The notes under the pieces were generated by a model. That model did no database searches. It saw nothing but the letters and a program-made list of their open reading frames with translations, and was not told the DNA's origin. Positions 39,961 through 47,142 of a stretch of 64,000 nt of DNA are shown here, in pieces. Location: IMG/VR virus record IMGVR_UViG_3300045988_051354, positions 35,058 through 99,057 of that record, one strand, 5' to 3'. Source of the DNA: a virus. Made by a program: the position numbers and the translations under genes. Position 1 is the first letter of the stretch, and each line of letters begins with the position of its first letter.

Positions 39961-40013
39961 CGGAGGCAGCTGGATTCGAACCAGCGGAACCCTTTCAGAG
40001 CTCGGCACGTTAG
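39961..40013 (-). tRNA. split tRNA-Ser(GCU), 3' half (anticodon-loop 3' part, class-II variable arm, T-arm, acceptor 3')
   Basis: CTAA-CGTGC-C-GAGCTCTGAAAGGGTTC-C-GCTGG-TTCGAAT-CCAGC-TGCCTCC-G. Pairs with the 5' half at 40460..40494. Together with TTG from the 5' half it forms the loop TTGCTAA. Confidence 0.6.
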
Positions 40014-40021
40014 TGACAATA

Positions 40022-40038
40022 TTAGGAATCGAACCTAA
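40022..40038 (-). other. T-arm-like hairpin TTAGG-TTCGATT-CCTAA, 8 nt upstream of the tRNA-Ser(GCU) 3' half (shared insertion-end motif)
   Basis: Near-identical to 44749..44765 and structurally equivalent to 46655..46671. Overlaps the last codons of ORF 40022. Confidence 0.5.
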
Positions 40039-40447
40039 TATTATCTAAAACTGTATCATATAAATAGTCTTCATAATTTAATGGAGTGTTCTGATTAGTC
40101 TTCCTATATGGGATAGGGACATTGATACTCTTTCTGCCATTAATTATTTCAACTGGAACTAGTAACAGAATTTTAGATTCTATATTATATAAAGAGAAGT
40201 AATCAATTTCTGATTTATCATATACATGCACTCCAGTACTAGTAGATGATGTTAATCTCCATACAATAACGTTATCTTCAAATCTCTCTGAGGTTTTACA
40301 TTGTATCTTATTTAGTTTGCCATTGAATTCAGCTATCAAGTCAGCACGTTCATTCTCTCCGAATGAAGTATAGACTGGTATACCTCTCCTAACAAACTCG
40401 GCTATCGTAATAGCCTCTCCAATGTTTCCAATTACTTTACTATTCAT
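40022..40447 (-). CDS. small PD-(D/E)xK-like nuclease inside the insertion that splits tRNA-Ser(GCU)
   Basis: SKVIGNIGEAITIAEFVRRGIPV...ERADLIAEF...KIQCK is the same pattern as ORFs 9454 and 46740. Start moved to the internal ATG because the tracked GTG start overlaps the tRNA 5' half. Confidence 0.5.
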   Translation of the reverse strand: MNSKVIGNIGEAITIAEFVRRGIPVYTSFGENERADLIAEFNGKLNKIQCKTSERFEDNVIVWRLTSSTSTGVHVYDKSEIDYFSLYNIESKILLLVPVEIINGRKSINVPIPYRKTNQNTPLNYEDYLYDTVLDNIRFDS

Positions 40448-40459
40448 ACATACATTATG

Positions 40460-40494
40460 CAATGTGCTGGTATAGACCACTCACCCATACCTCC
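40460..40494 (-). tRNA. split tRNA-Ser(GCU), 5' half (acceptor, D-arm, anticodon stem 5' strand)
   Basis: GGAGGTA-TG-GGTG-AGTGGTCTA-TACC-A-GCACA-TTG. Its acceptor pairs perfectly with TGCCTCC 480 nt away, allowing G-U. Canonical T8, A14, G18G19 and A21. Confidence 0.6.
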
Positions 40495-40558
40495 AATTAC
40501 AGAAGACCTTGCTGTATCATTATTAATGCTGTTCGTCTTCTTAAGCTGTAAAAGATTG

Positions 40559-42547
40559 TTACTTCACAGCTTCAAAGTTGTCTTCGGTTGGATTATCCTT
40601 TTTATCCTCGACAAACATTTCTTTAAATGTCTTCTTAAAAGGAATACTCTTAAGAAGTTCAAATGCTGGGTTGAGATTCTCAGCTGTTTTAGCCATGAAA
40701 CTACCAGCAGTATTTTCATTACCATAAACAGTCACTTGTCCAAGATGGATATGTTCATACATCTCTGCGGATGCTTCAGCAATACCTTTAAGCTGATCCA
40801 CTGTCTTGTATTGAACAATCATTTGTGGAGTCATACCACATTCAATCATCTTCTCTACTGCCTTTGCAGGAGCCATTTCAACAGCAGTAATCTTGTCTGC
40901 TTCTGCCATCAAAGATGCTCTCTTACCTTCAGCCTCTGCAAGCAACTTTCTCTTAGTACCTTCAGCTTCAGCTTCAAGTTGCATCTGAGTTGCATTTGCC
41001 TTAGCTTCTGCCTCCTTAAGAATTTCAGCAGCTTTAGCTTCTGCCTTAAGAATAGCTTCTTGCTTTACAGCTTCAGCATCAATAATGGCTTTCTCCTTAG
41101 CTTTATTAGCAGGCACAATTACCGTTGCATTTAATTCAGCTTCTTTAGCTTTGGCTTCAGCTTCTTTAATTTCTGCAATCTTCTCTTGCTCGGTTCTAGC
41201 AATAGTAGTTTCTGCATCCACTTTAGAAATACCTGCAACCTTATCGGCATCAGCAGCAGCCTTTGCAGCTTCTCCTTTAGCCTTAGACACTTCAATTGTA
41301 GCCATATGCTCGGCTACTCCAGCCTGCTTATTAGCTTCAGCTGTCTTCTTACGAGCTTCAGACTCATATTCAGCAGTCCTAGCCTCCTTCTCTTGAACAG
41401 CTTTAATTGTCTCAGCCTCCTGATTCTGTTGAGCAGCAGCAATACGAATTTGCTTAGCTGATTCAGCTTCTTGTTCTTTAGCAGCTGCTTCCGCTTTAGA
41501 TTTAGCCATATTAGCTTTAGCTTGTGCATCCCATTCAGTCTGTTGAGAAATTGCAATAGACTCCTGCTCTGCTACCTTAGAAAGCTTCTCAGCGTTAGCT
41601 TTAGCTACTCCTACTTCCTGCTCTTTCTGTTGATCTGCAATAGCAATACGTTGTTCCTTCTGCTGCTCTGACAGTTTAACTTCCTGCTCCTTAGTAGTTT
41701 CGGCTAATCTAATTGCTTTATCCTTATTAGTTTCAGCAATAGTAGTCTCTTGGTCCTTAAGAGTAATAGCAATGGCTACTTTCTGGTCTCTAGTCGTTTC
41801 AGCTACTTTAGTCTCCCTTTCCTTAGTAGTAAGGGCAATTTGAATTGCTCCTTTCTTCTCTTCTTCAGCAATAGCAGCTTCTGCCTGTGCTCTAGCCTTA
41901 GTAGTTTCTTTCTGACCTAGATTCTCAATATAATTAGCAGCATCTCTGATGTCACTAATATTGATATTAATCAGATACAAACCCAATTTGTTTAATTCAG
42001 TGTTAATATTGTCTCTGGCTTGAGTTAAGAACTTATCTCTGTTAGAATTAAGTTCCTCAATTTCCATAGAAGCTACAATAAGCCTCATTTGGCCATATAC
42101 GATGTCTGAAATTAAACTCTCTTTATCTGTATCATCAACTCCAAGTAATCTATTAGCAGCATTCTGCATAATTAATGGGTCTTGGCTGATTGCTACAGTG
42201 ACTGTAGTAGGAACAGTAACACGAATATTCTGGGCTGATAATGCATCCTTGAGAGTTAAATTCAACTGAATAGGACGCATTGACATTACTTCATATCCCT
42301 GAATGATAGGCCATACAAATGCAGCTCCACCGTGATACACTCTAGCAGTTTTAATTTCTACTTCCCTGCTGACTTGGTTCCCTTTGGCATCAAGTTCATT
42401 TACCTTCTCTTTGTGAGAACCAGTTTTACCATAAACTACTAATAGTTCATCAGATTTACATTTACGATAACGAGATAAAATCCCAATGATAGTAATAATT
42501 GCTATTAATACAATTACTCCTACGATAATTAATGTTGTCATTTCCAT
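40559..42547 (-). CDS. Flotillin-like SPFH/band-7 protein
   Basis: N-terminal TM helix, then an SPFH core (ARVYHGGAAFVWPIIQGYEVMSMRPIQLNL...IRVTVPTTVTVAI). A flotillin-like Ala/Glu-rich coiled-coil region of about 350 aa follows. Confidence 0.7.
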   Translation of the reverse strand: MEMTTLIIVGVIVLIAIITIIGILSRYRKCKSDELLVVYGKTGSHKEKVNELDAKGNQVSREVEIKTARVYHGGAAFVWPIIQGYEVMSMRPIQLNLTLKDALSAQNIRVTVPTTVTVAISQDPLIMQNAANRLLGVDDTDKESLISDIVYGQMRLIVASMEIEELNSNRDKFLTQARDNINTELNKLGLYLININISDIRDAANYIENLGQKETTKARAQAEAAIAEEEKKGAIQIALTTKERETKVAETTRDQKVAIAITLKDQETTIAETNKDKAIRLAETTKEQEVKLSEQQKEQRIAIADQQKEQEVGVAKANAEKLSKVAEQESIAISQQTEWDAQAKANMAKSKAEAAAKEQEAESAKQIRIAAAQQNQEAETIKAVQEKEARTAEYESEARKKTAEANKQAGVAEHMATIEVSKAKGEAAKAAADADKVAGISKVDAETTIARTEQEKIAEIKEAEAKAKEAELNATVIVPANKAKEKAIIDAEAVKQEAILKAEAKAAEILKEAEAKANATQMQLEAEAEGTKRKLLAEAEGKRASLMAEADKITAVEMAPAKAVEKMIECGMTPQMIVQYKTVDQLKGIAEASAEMYEHIHLGQVTVYGNENTAGSFMAKTAENLNPAFELLKSIPFKKTFKEMFVEDKKDNPTEDNFEAVK

Positions 42548-42558
42548 CTTATGAGTCT

Positions 42559-43077
42559 TTAATCTATGTACAATGTGTTATCCATAACCTCACGAATTGT
42601 AACCACTTGATTAACCGCATATGAAGTACCTGAAATAGAAACGAGTTCTACTTCTCTAGATGCTCCACTTATATTTATAAAAGCTAAATAGCGTTTATCA
42701 TCTAAGCGAACATATATTCTAGCTGGTCTTCCTGCTAAGTATACAAGAGGTTCGTCGGTTGGAAAGTTCTGTAATTTCATACAGAATTTATATAAATGAT
42801 ACAGCATAAACACAAATACAAGACCTATAAAGAATCCTATTAACCAATCAATCCAGGTTATCTCATAACCTAGTAGTTGTTTAATAGAAGTCCATCCTCC
42901 AAATCCCATCAGGAAGTGAATAAGACCTTTAAATGAAACAACATCACCAATGTCGAAATCGGCATCTCCATCGAAGTCCACATCAACATCAAGTTCACCT
43001 GCAACCCATGATATTATGAATTGCAAGATAAAGATACCATAGGCAACGCCACCTATGATATAATACACATCACTCAT
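42559..43077 (-). CDS. NfeD-like membrane protein (flotillin partner; TM helices + C-terminal OB-fold)
   Basis: Three hydrophobic helices. A C-terminal beta-rich domain (RIYVRLDDKRYLAFINISGASREVELVSISG). Sits immediately upstream of the flotillin gene, as in nfeD-floT (yuaF-yuaG) operons. Confidence 0.55.
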   Translation of the reverse strand: MSDVYYIIGGVAYGIFILQFIISWVAGELDVDVDFDGDADFDIGDVVSFKGLIHFLMGFGGWTSIKQLLGYEITWIDWLIGFFIGLVFVFMLYHLYKFCMKLQNFPTDEPLVYLAGRPARIYVRLDDKRYLAFINISGASREVELVSISGTSYAVNQVVTIREVMDNTLYID

Positions 43078-43108
43078 CTTGTTAATAATTTAATCTGTTA
43101 ATAAATAG

Positions 43109-43183
43109 TGGGACAGGATGGAGTCGAACCATCATCTCTGAATTTTCAGTCCAGCGCGAACTGACCACCTGCGCTACTGCCCC
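43109..43183 (-). tRNA. tRNA-Phe(GAA)
   Basis: Acceptor GGGGCAG/CTGTCCC. Anticodon stem CTGGA/TTCAG with loop CTGAAAA. T-arm GATGG-TTCGACT-CCATC. Confidence 0.7.
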
Positions 43184-43459
43184 ATATTGCCTACACATAC
43201 GTCTTCACTGGATTTTATGCTTTATTACGCCAGTTGCTTTGGACAACCTAAATCCTTCAGTGCTGTACAATCTTAAAGGCGCCATACAGACTGCCATCGC
43301 ACCTACTCCCATTATCGTGTCACGCAACGTATCCACATCCACCTCTAGGACTTTCACCTAGACCACATCCTCGGCATTATAGTATCTTAGTGAATAATAA
43401 ACAATGAAACAAACTGGAAATTAATTTTAAAGTTAATATTATGTCTATAAGATACTAAG

Positions 43460-43533
43460 GGTGTTATGTCAGAATCGAACTGACGACCTATTGAACCACA
43501 ATCAAGTGCTCTAACCAACTGAGCTAATAACAC
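43460..43533 (-). tRNA. tRNA-His(GUG) with genomically encoded G-1
   Basis: G-GTGTTAT-TA-GCTC-AGTTGGTTA-GAGC...loop TTGTGGT...GTCAG-TTCGATT-CTGAC-ATAACAC-C. The extra 5' G pairs with discriminator C. Confidence 0.75.
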
Positions 43534-43542
43534 CATATATAG

Positions 43543-44049
43543 TTACTCATTCTCGTAACCTTCGCGCACTGCATTTGCAAATACTTGTTTACACATCTCG
43601 TATTCTAGAATGGCTAGTGCTAAGTCTTCTCCTACGTCTTCTACAAACTTGTCTCGGTTATCAGTCTCGTCAAGTTCGTTTAATACCGCTATCAAGTATT
43701 CTAGTAGTTCAAGACATCTATTGTAGCTTTCCCCAACTTTATTGATAATGGCTATCCTATCATTGCTTCTCTTATAGTACTTATGGGTTGAATAATTACA
43801 GTATAACACTACTAATGCACATATAAGTGTAGTAGTAGTGAATGCTTCATTTATATAACATAAGATACTGTGAGTTACAGTAGCAATTAATACAACTGTA
43901 TTAGCATAAAACATCCAATTTAAAGACTTGAGAGCTTTACGGTGTGATAATAAATTATCAACCTCTTCTTTTACCTCGTTAAGCGATTCTAATTCTTTTT
44001 CATACTGTTCACATGATACTTCAAGTAGTTCTTCACTCATATTATTCAA
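43543..44049 (-). CDS. hypothetical membrane protein
   Basis: 168 aa with a central TM region. Confidence 0.45.
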   Translation of the reverse strand: MNNMSEELLEVSCEQYEKELESLNEVKEEVDNLLSHRKALKSLNWMFYANTVVLIATVTHSILCYINEAFTTTTLICALVVLYCNYSTHKYYKRSNDRIAIINKVGESYNRCLELLEYLIAVLNELDETDNRDKFVEDVGEDLALAILEYEMCKQVFANAVREGYENE

Positions 44050-44062
44050 TTTAGTTTAATAG

Positions 44063-44135
44063 TGGACCGTGTGAGATTTGAACTCCTCCTTCATCTTGCA
44101 AGGATGATGTGCTCCCGGATTACACTACACAGCCC
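44063..44135 (-). tRNA. degenerate tRNA-like, anticodon UGC (Ala-like)
   Basis: Acceptor GGGCTGT/ACGGTCC. Anticodon stem TCATC/GATGA with loop CTTGCAA. The T-stem is only 3 bp (AGGAG/CTCAC) and the variable loop is 3 nt. Confidence 0.4.
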
Positions 44136-44238
44136 AGATTTAGTCTCACTATCGTAGGACTATAAGCTTCCAACGTCCGACTGGCTACGGAAGGTTATTT
44201 ACCGGTCTAATAACCTATTATTCATTTTATATGCTTTG

Positions 44239-44466
44239 TTACTTCTTAGTTAAGTACCTGTACACATCTTCGCTACTACTAGATACTACGATCATTACAC
44301 CTATCCAGGAGCTAATTACAAACAGTGCCAGAACTAGTAACATTCCATAGTCGAACTCGTAACGTTCTTTATTTCTTTGCCTTACTTTGTACTCAATAAT
44401 TAATCCGATTATGGTACGTAATAAAGCAGCAATGCATCCAGCCGAATAAATCCATAAGAACAACAT
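44239..44466 (-). CDS. small membrane protein (tandem paralogue of 44468..44677)
   Basis: Two TM helices. Shares SWIGV with its neighbour. Confidence 0.4.
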   Translation of the reverse strand: MLFLWIYSAGCIAALLRTIIGLIIEYKVRQRNKERYEFDYGMLLVLALFVISSWIGVMIVVSSSSEDVYRYLTKK

Positions 44467-44467
44467 A

Positions 44468-44677
44468 CTACTTCTTTCTAAACATCACTATACCTGGAGA
44501 TACAAATACTATAACTGCAACAACACCAATCCATGAAGTTATTACAAGAGTTAATTCCATTAATAAGTCACACAAGTTGTAAGTGTAATTAGAATTTCTC
44601 TTATAGTCACGATATTCATAGAAACACACAGCCATCAAAGCAACTACACATCCGATAATATAAATAATCAGCATCAT
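44468..44677 (-). CDS. small membrane protein (tandem paralogue of 44239..44466)
   Basis: Two TM helices. SWIGVVAV. Confidence 0.4.
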   Translation of the reverse strand: MMLIIYIIGCVVALMAVCFYEYRDYKRNSNYTYNLCDLLMELTLVITSWIGVVAVIVFVSPGIVMFRKK

Positions 44678-44702
44678 ACATTTTTAATTATTAGTTAATA
44701 AG

Positions 44703-44740
44703 TACCCCGACTGCGATTCGAACGCAGATATGTGGCTTAG
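44703..44740 (-). tRNA. split tRNA-Arg(UCU), 3' half
   Basis: CTAA-GCCAC-ATAT-CTGCG-TTCGAAT-CGCAG-TCGGGGT-A. Confidence 0.65.
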
Positions 44741-44748
44741 TATAAGAA

Positions 44749-44765
44749 CTAGGAGTCGAACCTAA
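44749..44765 (-). other. T-arm-like hairpin TTAGG-TTCGACT-CCTAG, 8 nt upstream of the tRNA-Arg(UCU) 3' half (shared insertion-end motif)
   Basis: See 40022..40038. Overlaps the stop codon of the HNH ORF. Confidence 0.5.
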
Positions 44766-45370
44766 TTCTTATTGTTATTAATTTCATTTTTATGGTAACG
44801 GTAATAGGAACGTTCTCCACACTTGTTCTTAGACTTATAAGTATCAAGCTGTGAATCACAGTTAGGACATATGCATCGTAAATTATCTCTACGATTGTTA
44901 GATGCATGTCCGTCTATATGGTCAATGATAAAGACCAGCTCTTTACCATTCCAGATAGGCTTCATACCACATATAGCACATACTCCACCTTGCTCTTTTA
45001 GAATATCTTTCTTGAAGGCCTTAGGAGAGTAGTTAGCTCTCATTATACTTTCATCACCGTCCAAAAGCTTCTTGTAAGCAAGCATATGAGCATGTTCAAA
45101 TTGACATTTAGGACCACAGTACTTGCCATAACTTCCGTTATAACTAATAAGTTCTGCACCACAGTTTAAACAGTATTTGTACTTCCTATTGAATGTTTCT
45201 TTAGGATTAATTTTACGTTTAATTGGTAACTCTATGCCAAGTCTACGCGCTACATTCTTAATATTAGCACCTGAACAACCATATCTTCTTCCTATTTCCT
45301 CATAACTGAGCTTATCTATCAAAATTAAATGCTCAAGTTGAGCTTTCTCGTTAATCCATTTACTTGTCAT
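44762..45370 (-). CDS. HNH homing endonuclease with N-terminal HTH, inside the insertion that splits tRNA-Arg(UCU)
   Basis: HTH LSYEEIGRRYGCSGANIKNVARRLGI. HNH motif VCAICG...FIIDHIDGHASNNRRDNLRCICPNCDSQ. Confidence 0.75.
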   Translation of the reverse strand: MTSKWINEKAQLEHLILIDKLSYEEIGRRYGCSGANIKNVARRLGIELPIKRKINPKETFNRKYKYCLNCGAELISYNGSYGKYCGPKCQFEHAHMLAYKKLLDGDESIMRANYSPKAFKKDILKEQGGVCAICGMKPIWNGKELVFIIDHIDGHASNNRRDNLRCICPNCDSQLDTYKSKNKCGERSYYRYHKNEINNNKN

Positions 45371-45486
45371 ATTCGTCTAAATTAGAAATTCGTACCTCAA
45401 AGATACGAATCTTTTACGAATTAAACAAGTAAATGGATGTTTTGTTGAAATTAATAACAGTGAGTTACGGACTCACCAGCCGTATG

Positions 45487-45520
45487 AAGGCCACTGTTCT
45501 ATCCCTTGAACTATCGAGGC
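45487..45520 (-). tRNA. split tRNA-Arg(UCU), 5' half
   Basis: GCCTCGA-TA-GTTC-AAGGGATA-GAAC-A-GTGGC-CTT. The D-arm is perfect. The acceptor pairs with TCGGGGT, and anticodon stem GTGGC pairs with GCCAC in the 3' half 746 nt away. The reconstituted loop is CTTCTAA. Confidence 0.65.
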
Positions 45521-45524
45521 ATTA

Positions 45525-45576
45525 ACAGAAGACATTGTAATCATATGTAACATGACACCTGCTGTATGTCTTCTTA
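45525..45576 (-). promoter_or_regulatory. conserved inverted-repeat element immediately upstream of the tRNA-Arg(UCU) 5' half
   Basis: acagaagac-[34 nt]-gctgtatgtcttctta. Confidence 0.45.
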
Positions 45577-45588
45577 GGCGATACTATT

Positions 45589-45936
45589 TTATGAACATAA
45601 AGCTATCAGTTCTTTAGTAGTCCTTTTATATTGCAATCTGTTATATCTTTCTCCCTTACATATTGCACAACTACAGGGAGTACTCATGGTTTTAAACCTA
45701 AAGGTATTCTTAGCATTATAAAGTTCAGTCCAGCTTATTGCTTTACGCCACTTATTACTGCTACAGATATACCAATGCGGAAATGACCGTTTAATCCTAG
45801 TAATATACTTCTGGTCTTTCTTTAGGTTCCTCCACAATTTGTTTCTGTGAATTCTTGATTCTTTCATGTTTAGTTCTTCCATCGTCTCGTCCACTAATAT
45901 TAACAATGTCCTGACTTGGATTGTAACCAGTACCAA
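45589..45936 (-). CDS. hypothetical basic Cys-containing protein
   Basis: 115 aa. Partly overlaps ORF 45797..45979. Confidence 0.35.
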   Translation of the reverse strand: MVLVTIQVRTLLILVDETMEELNMKESRIHRNKLWRNLKKDQKYITRIKRSFPHWYICSSNKWRKAISWTELYNAKNTFRFKTMSTPCSCAICKGERYNRLQYKRTTKELIALCS

Positions 45937-45993
45937 TGAATTTCTTCATATCTAGTCCCGATAAATTGATTGTCTTCATACGATAATTAAATT

Positions 45994-46281
45994 TTAATAG
46001 TTAAATACACTGTGATACTTTAGCCAATCTCTATAAGCTTTAGCATCCATGTTATAGGAATAATTCCAGTGAAACCTTCTCAGCTCCTTAATAAGTTCTG
46101 TTCGTATTTCATACGTGAGACGCACACCAGGTGCTGTATTAGATATATAGAATTGTTCTTTAACAAATGAGAAATACCCGTATAATATAGGTGTGCGCTT
46201 TCCCTTAAACTTATTAAGTAGAATAGCATGCAAACGGCTGTTATCCTTGCTGTACTTCGTTGGATATAGTGTCACGTTCAT
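45994..46281 (-). CDS. hypothetical protein
   Basis: 95 aa. Confidence 0.4.
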   Translation of the reverse strand: MNVTLYPTKYSKDNSRLHAILLNKFKGKRTPILYGYFSFVKEQFYISNTAPGVRLTYEIRTELIKELRRFHWNYSYNMDAKAYRDWLKYHSVFNY

Positions 46282-46567
46282 TGTCTAATATAGCAACAGC
46301 TAGACTATAACCATTATATAATGTCCCAATAAGACGTTTAAGTTTCTTCTTTATCTTCCTAGGAAGTTTTGGAAGATTAACATTCATAAGCTCTTCAGCT
46401 TCTTTATGTCTGGCTCTAACAGCAAGTTCTAAGTTCTTAGGGACATCTTCGGAATCAAAGAATGCGTTCAATACCGGCTCCTCTGGTAACAATCTTATGA
46501 CTCTGTAAGCTACTCTTGCTTTCTTATTGTTACTGAGCTGATCAACGTGTTTAAATTTCAATTTCAT
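46241..46567 (-). CDS. hypothetical protein
   Basis: 108 aa. Confidence 0.4.
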   Translation of the reverse strand: MKLKFKHVDQLSNNKKARVAYRVIRLLPEEPVLNAFFDSEDVPKNLELAVRARHKEAEELMNVNLPKLPRKIKKKLKRLIGTLYNGYSLAVAILDNERDTISNEVQQG

Positions 46568-46592
46568 AATCTTTCATTAATAAATTAATAAG

Positions 46593-46646
46593 AGGAAGGA
46601 CAGGGATTCGAACCCTGGGATCGCTGTTACACGACCAACAGTTTTG
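46593..46646 (-). tRNA. orphan tRNA 3' half (stem, class-II variable arm, T-arm, acceptor 3') directly after tRNA-Ser(UGA)
   Basis: CAAAA-CTGTT-GGTCGTGTAACAGCGATCC-CAGGG-TTCGAAT-CCCTG-TCCTTCC-T. No 5' half lies within 100 nt. A possible 5' partner is at 47143..47200. Confidence 0.45.
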
Positions 46647-46738
46647 AGGAAGCAGTGGGACTCCAACCCACACATCACTGTTACATGATTACTGGTGCTT
46701 TTCAAGAGCACTGCCTTAGCAATTAGGCTTATACTTCC
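46647..46738 (-). tRNA. tRNA-Ser(UGA), class II (non-canonical T-loop TTGGAGT)
   Basis: GGAAGTA-TA-AGCC..GGC-A-GTGCT-CTTGAAA-AGCAC-[23-nt variable arm]-GTGGG-TTGGAGT-CCCAC-TGCTTCC-T. Confidence 0.6.
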
Positions 46739-46739
46739 A

Positions 46740-47132
46740 TTACAATGAAACTTTATATTTGTCCCATTTATCCGTAAGAGTTAGAGTACTTTTAACTGTA
46801 ATCTCACTTGAAGGAATCTCGTACATATCGCCATTGACTACTACAATAAATAATATATCACATGTAGAATTATCAAAGTGTCTAATCTTTGATTGTCCAG
46901 AGGAGCCTCCACAATTCTTTAATAGAACTTCATAGTTGCCACTCTTTGATAGGTATTGAGTAGTTTTAACAGAAACTCTCTTCAGCCCATCTCTATCTAT
47001 TGCTATATCATATTTTTGAGTATCATTTAAAGGAATCAGGACAGGAATACAATTAGTTGTATAATAAGCTATAGCTCTACCCAGCCCTAAATTGCCTTGA
47101 TGTGATTTGTAGTCGCTTTCCCAAGCGTTCAT
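46740..47132 (-). CDS. small PD-(D/E)xK-like nuclease (third paralogue) immediately upstream of tRNA-Ser(UGA)
   Basis: LGLGRAIAYYTTNCIPVLIPL...YDIAIDRDGLKRVSVK is the same pattern as ORFs 9454 and 40022. Confidence 0.5.
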   Translation of the reverse strand: MNAWESDYKSHQGNLGLGRAIAYYTTNCIPVLIPLNDTQKYDIAIDRDGLKRVSVKTTQYLSKSGNYEVLLKNCGGSSGQSKIRHFDNSTCDILFIVVVNGDMYEIPSSEITVKSTLTLTDKWDKYKVSL

Positions 47133-47142
47133 TTACATAACA

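Noticed and set aside
40017-40040. Second GGAATCGAACC-type signature read as an independent tRNA at the end of ORF 40022
   Set aside because: No matching 5' acceptor, D-arm or anticodon arm within 100 nt. It encodes the last codons of the ORF. Interpreted as the conserved insertion-end hairpin instead.
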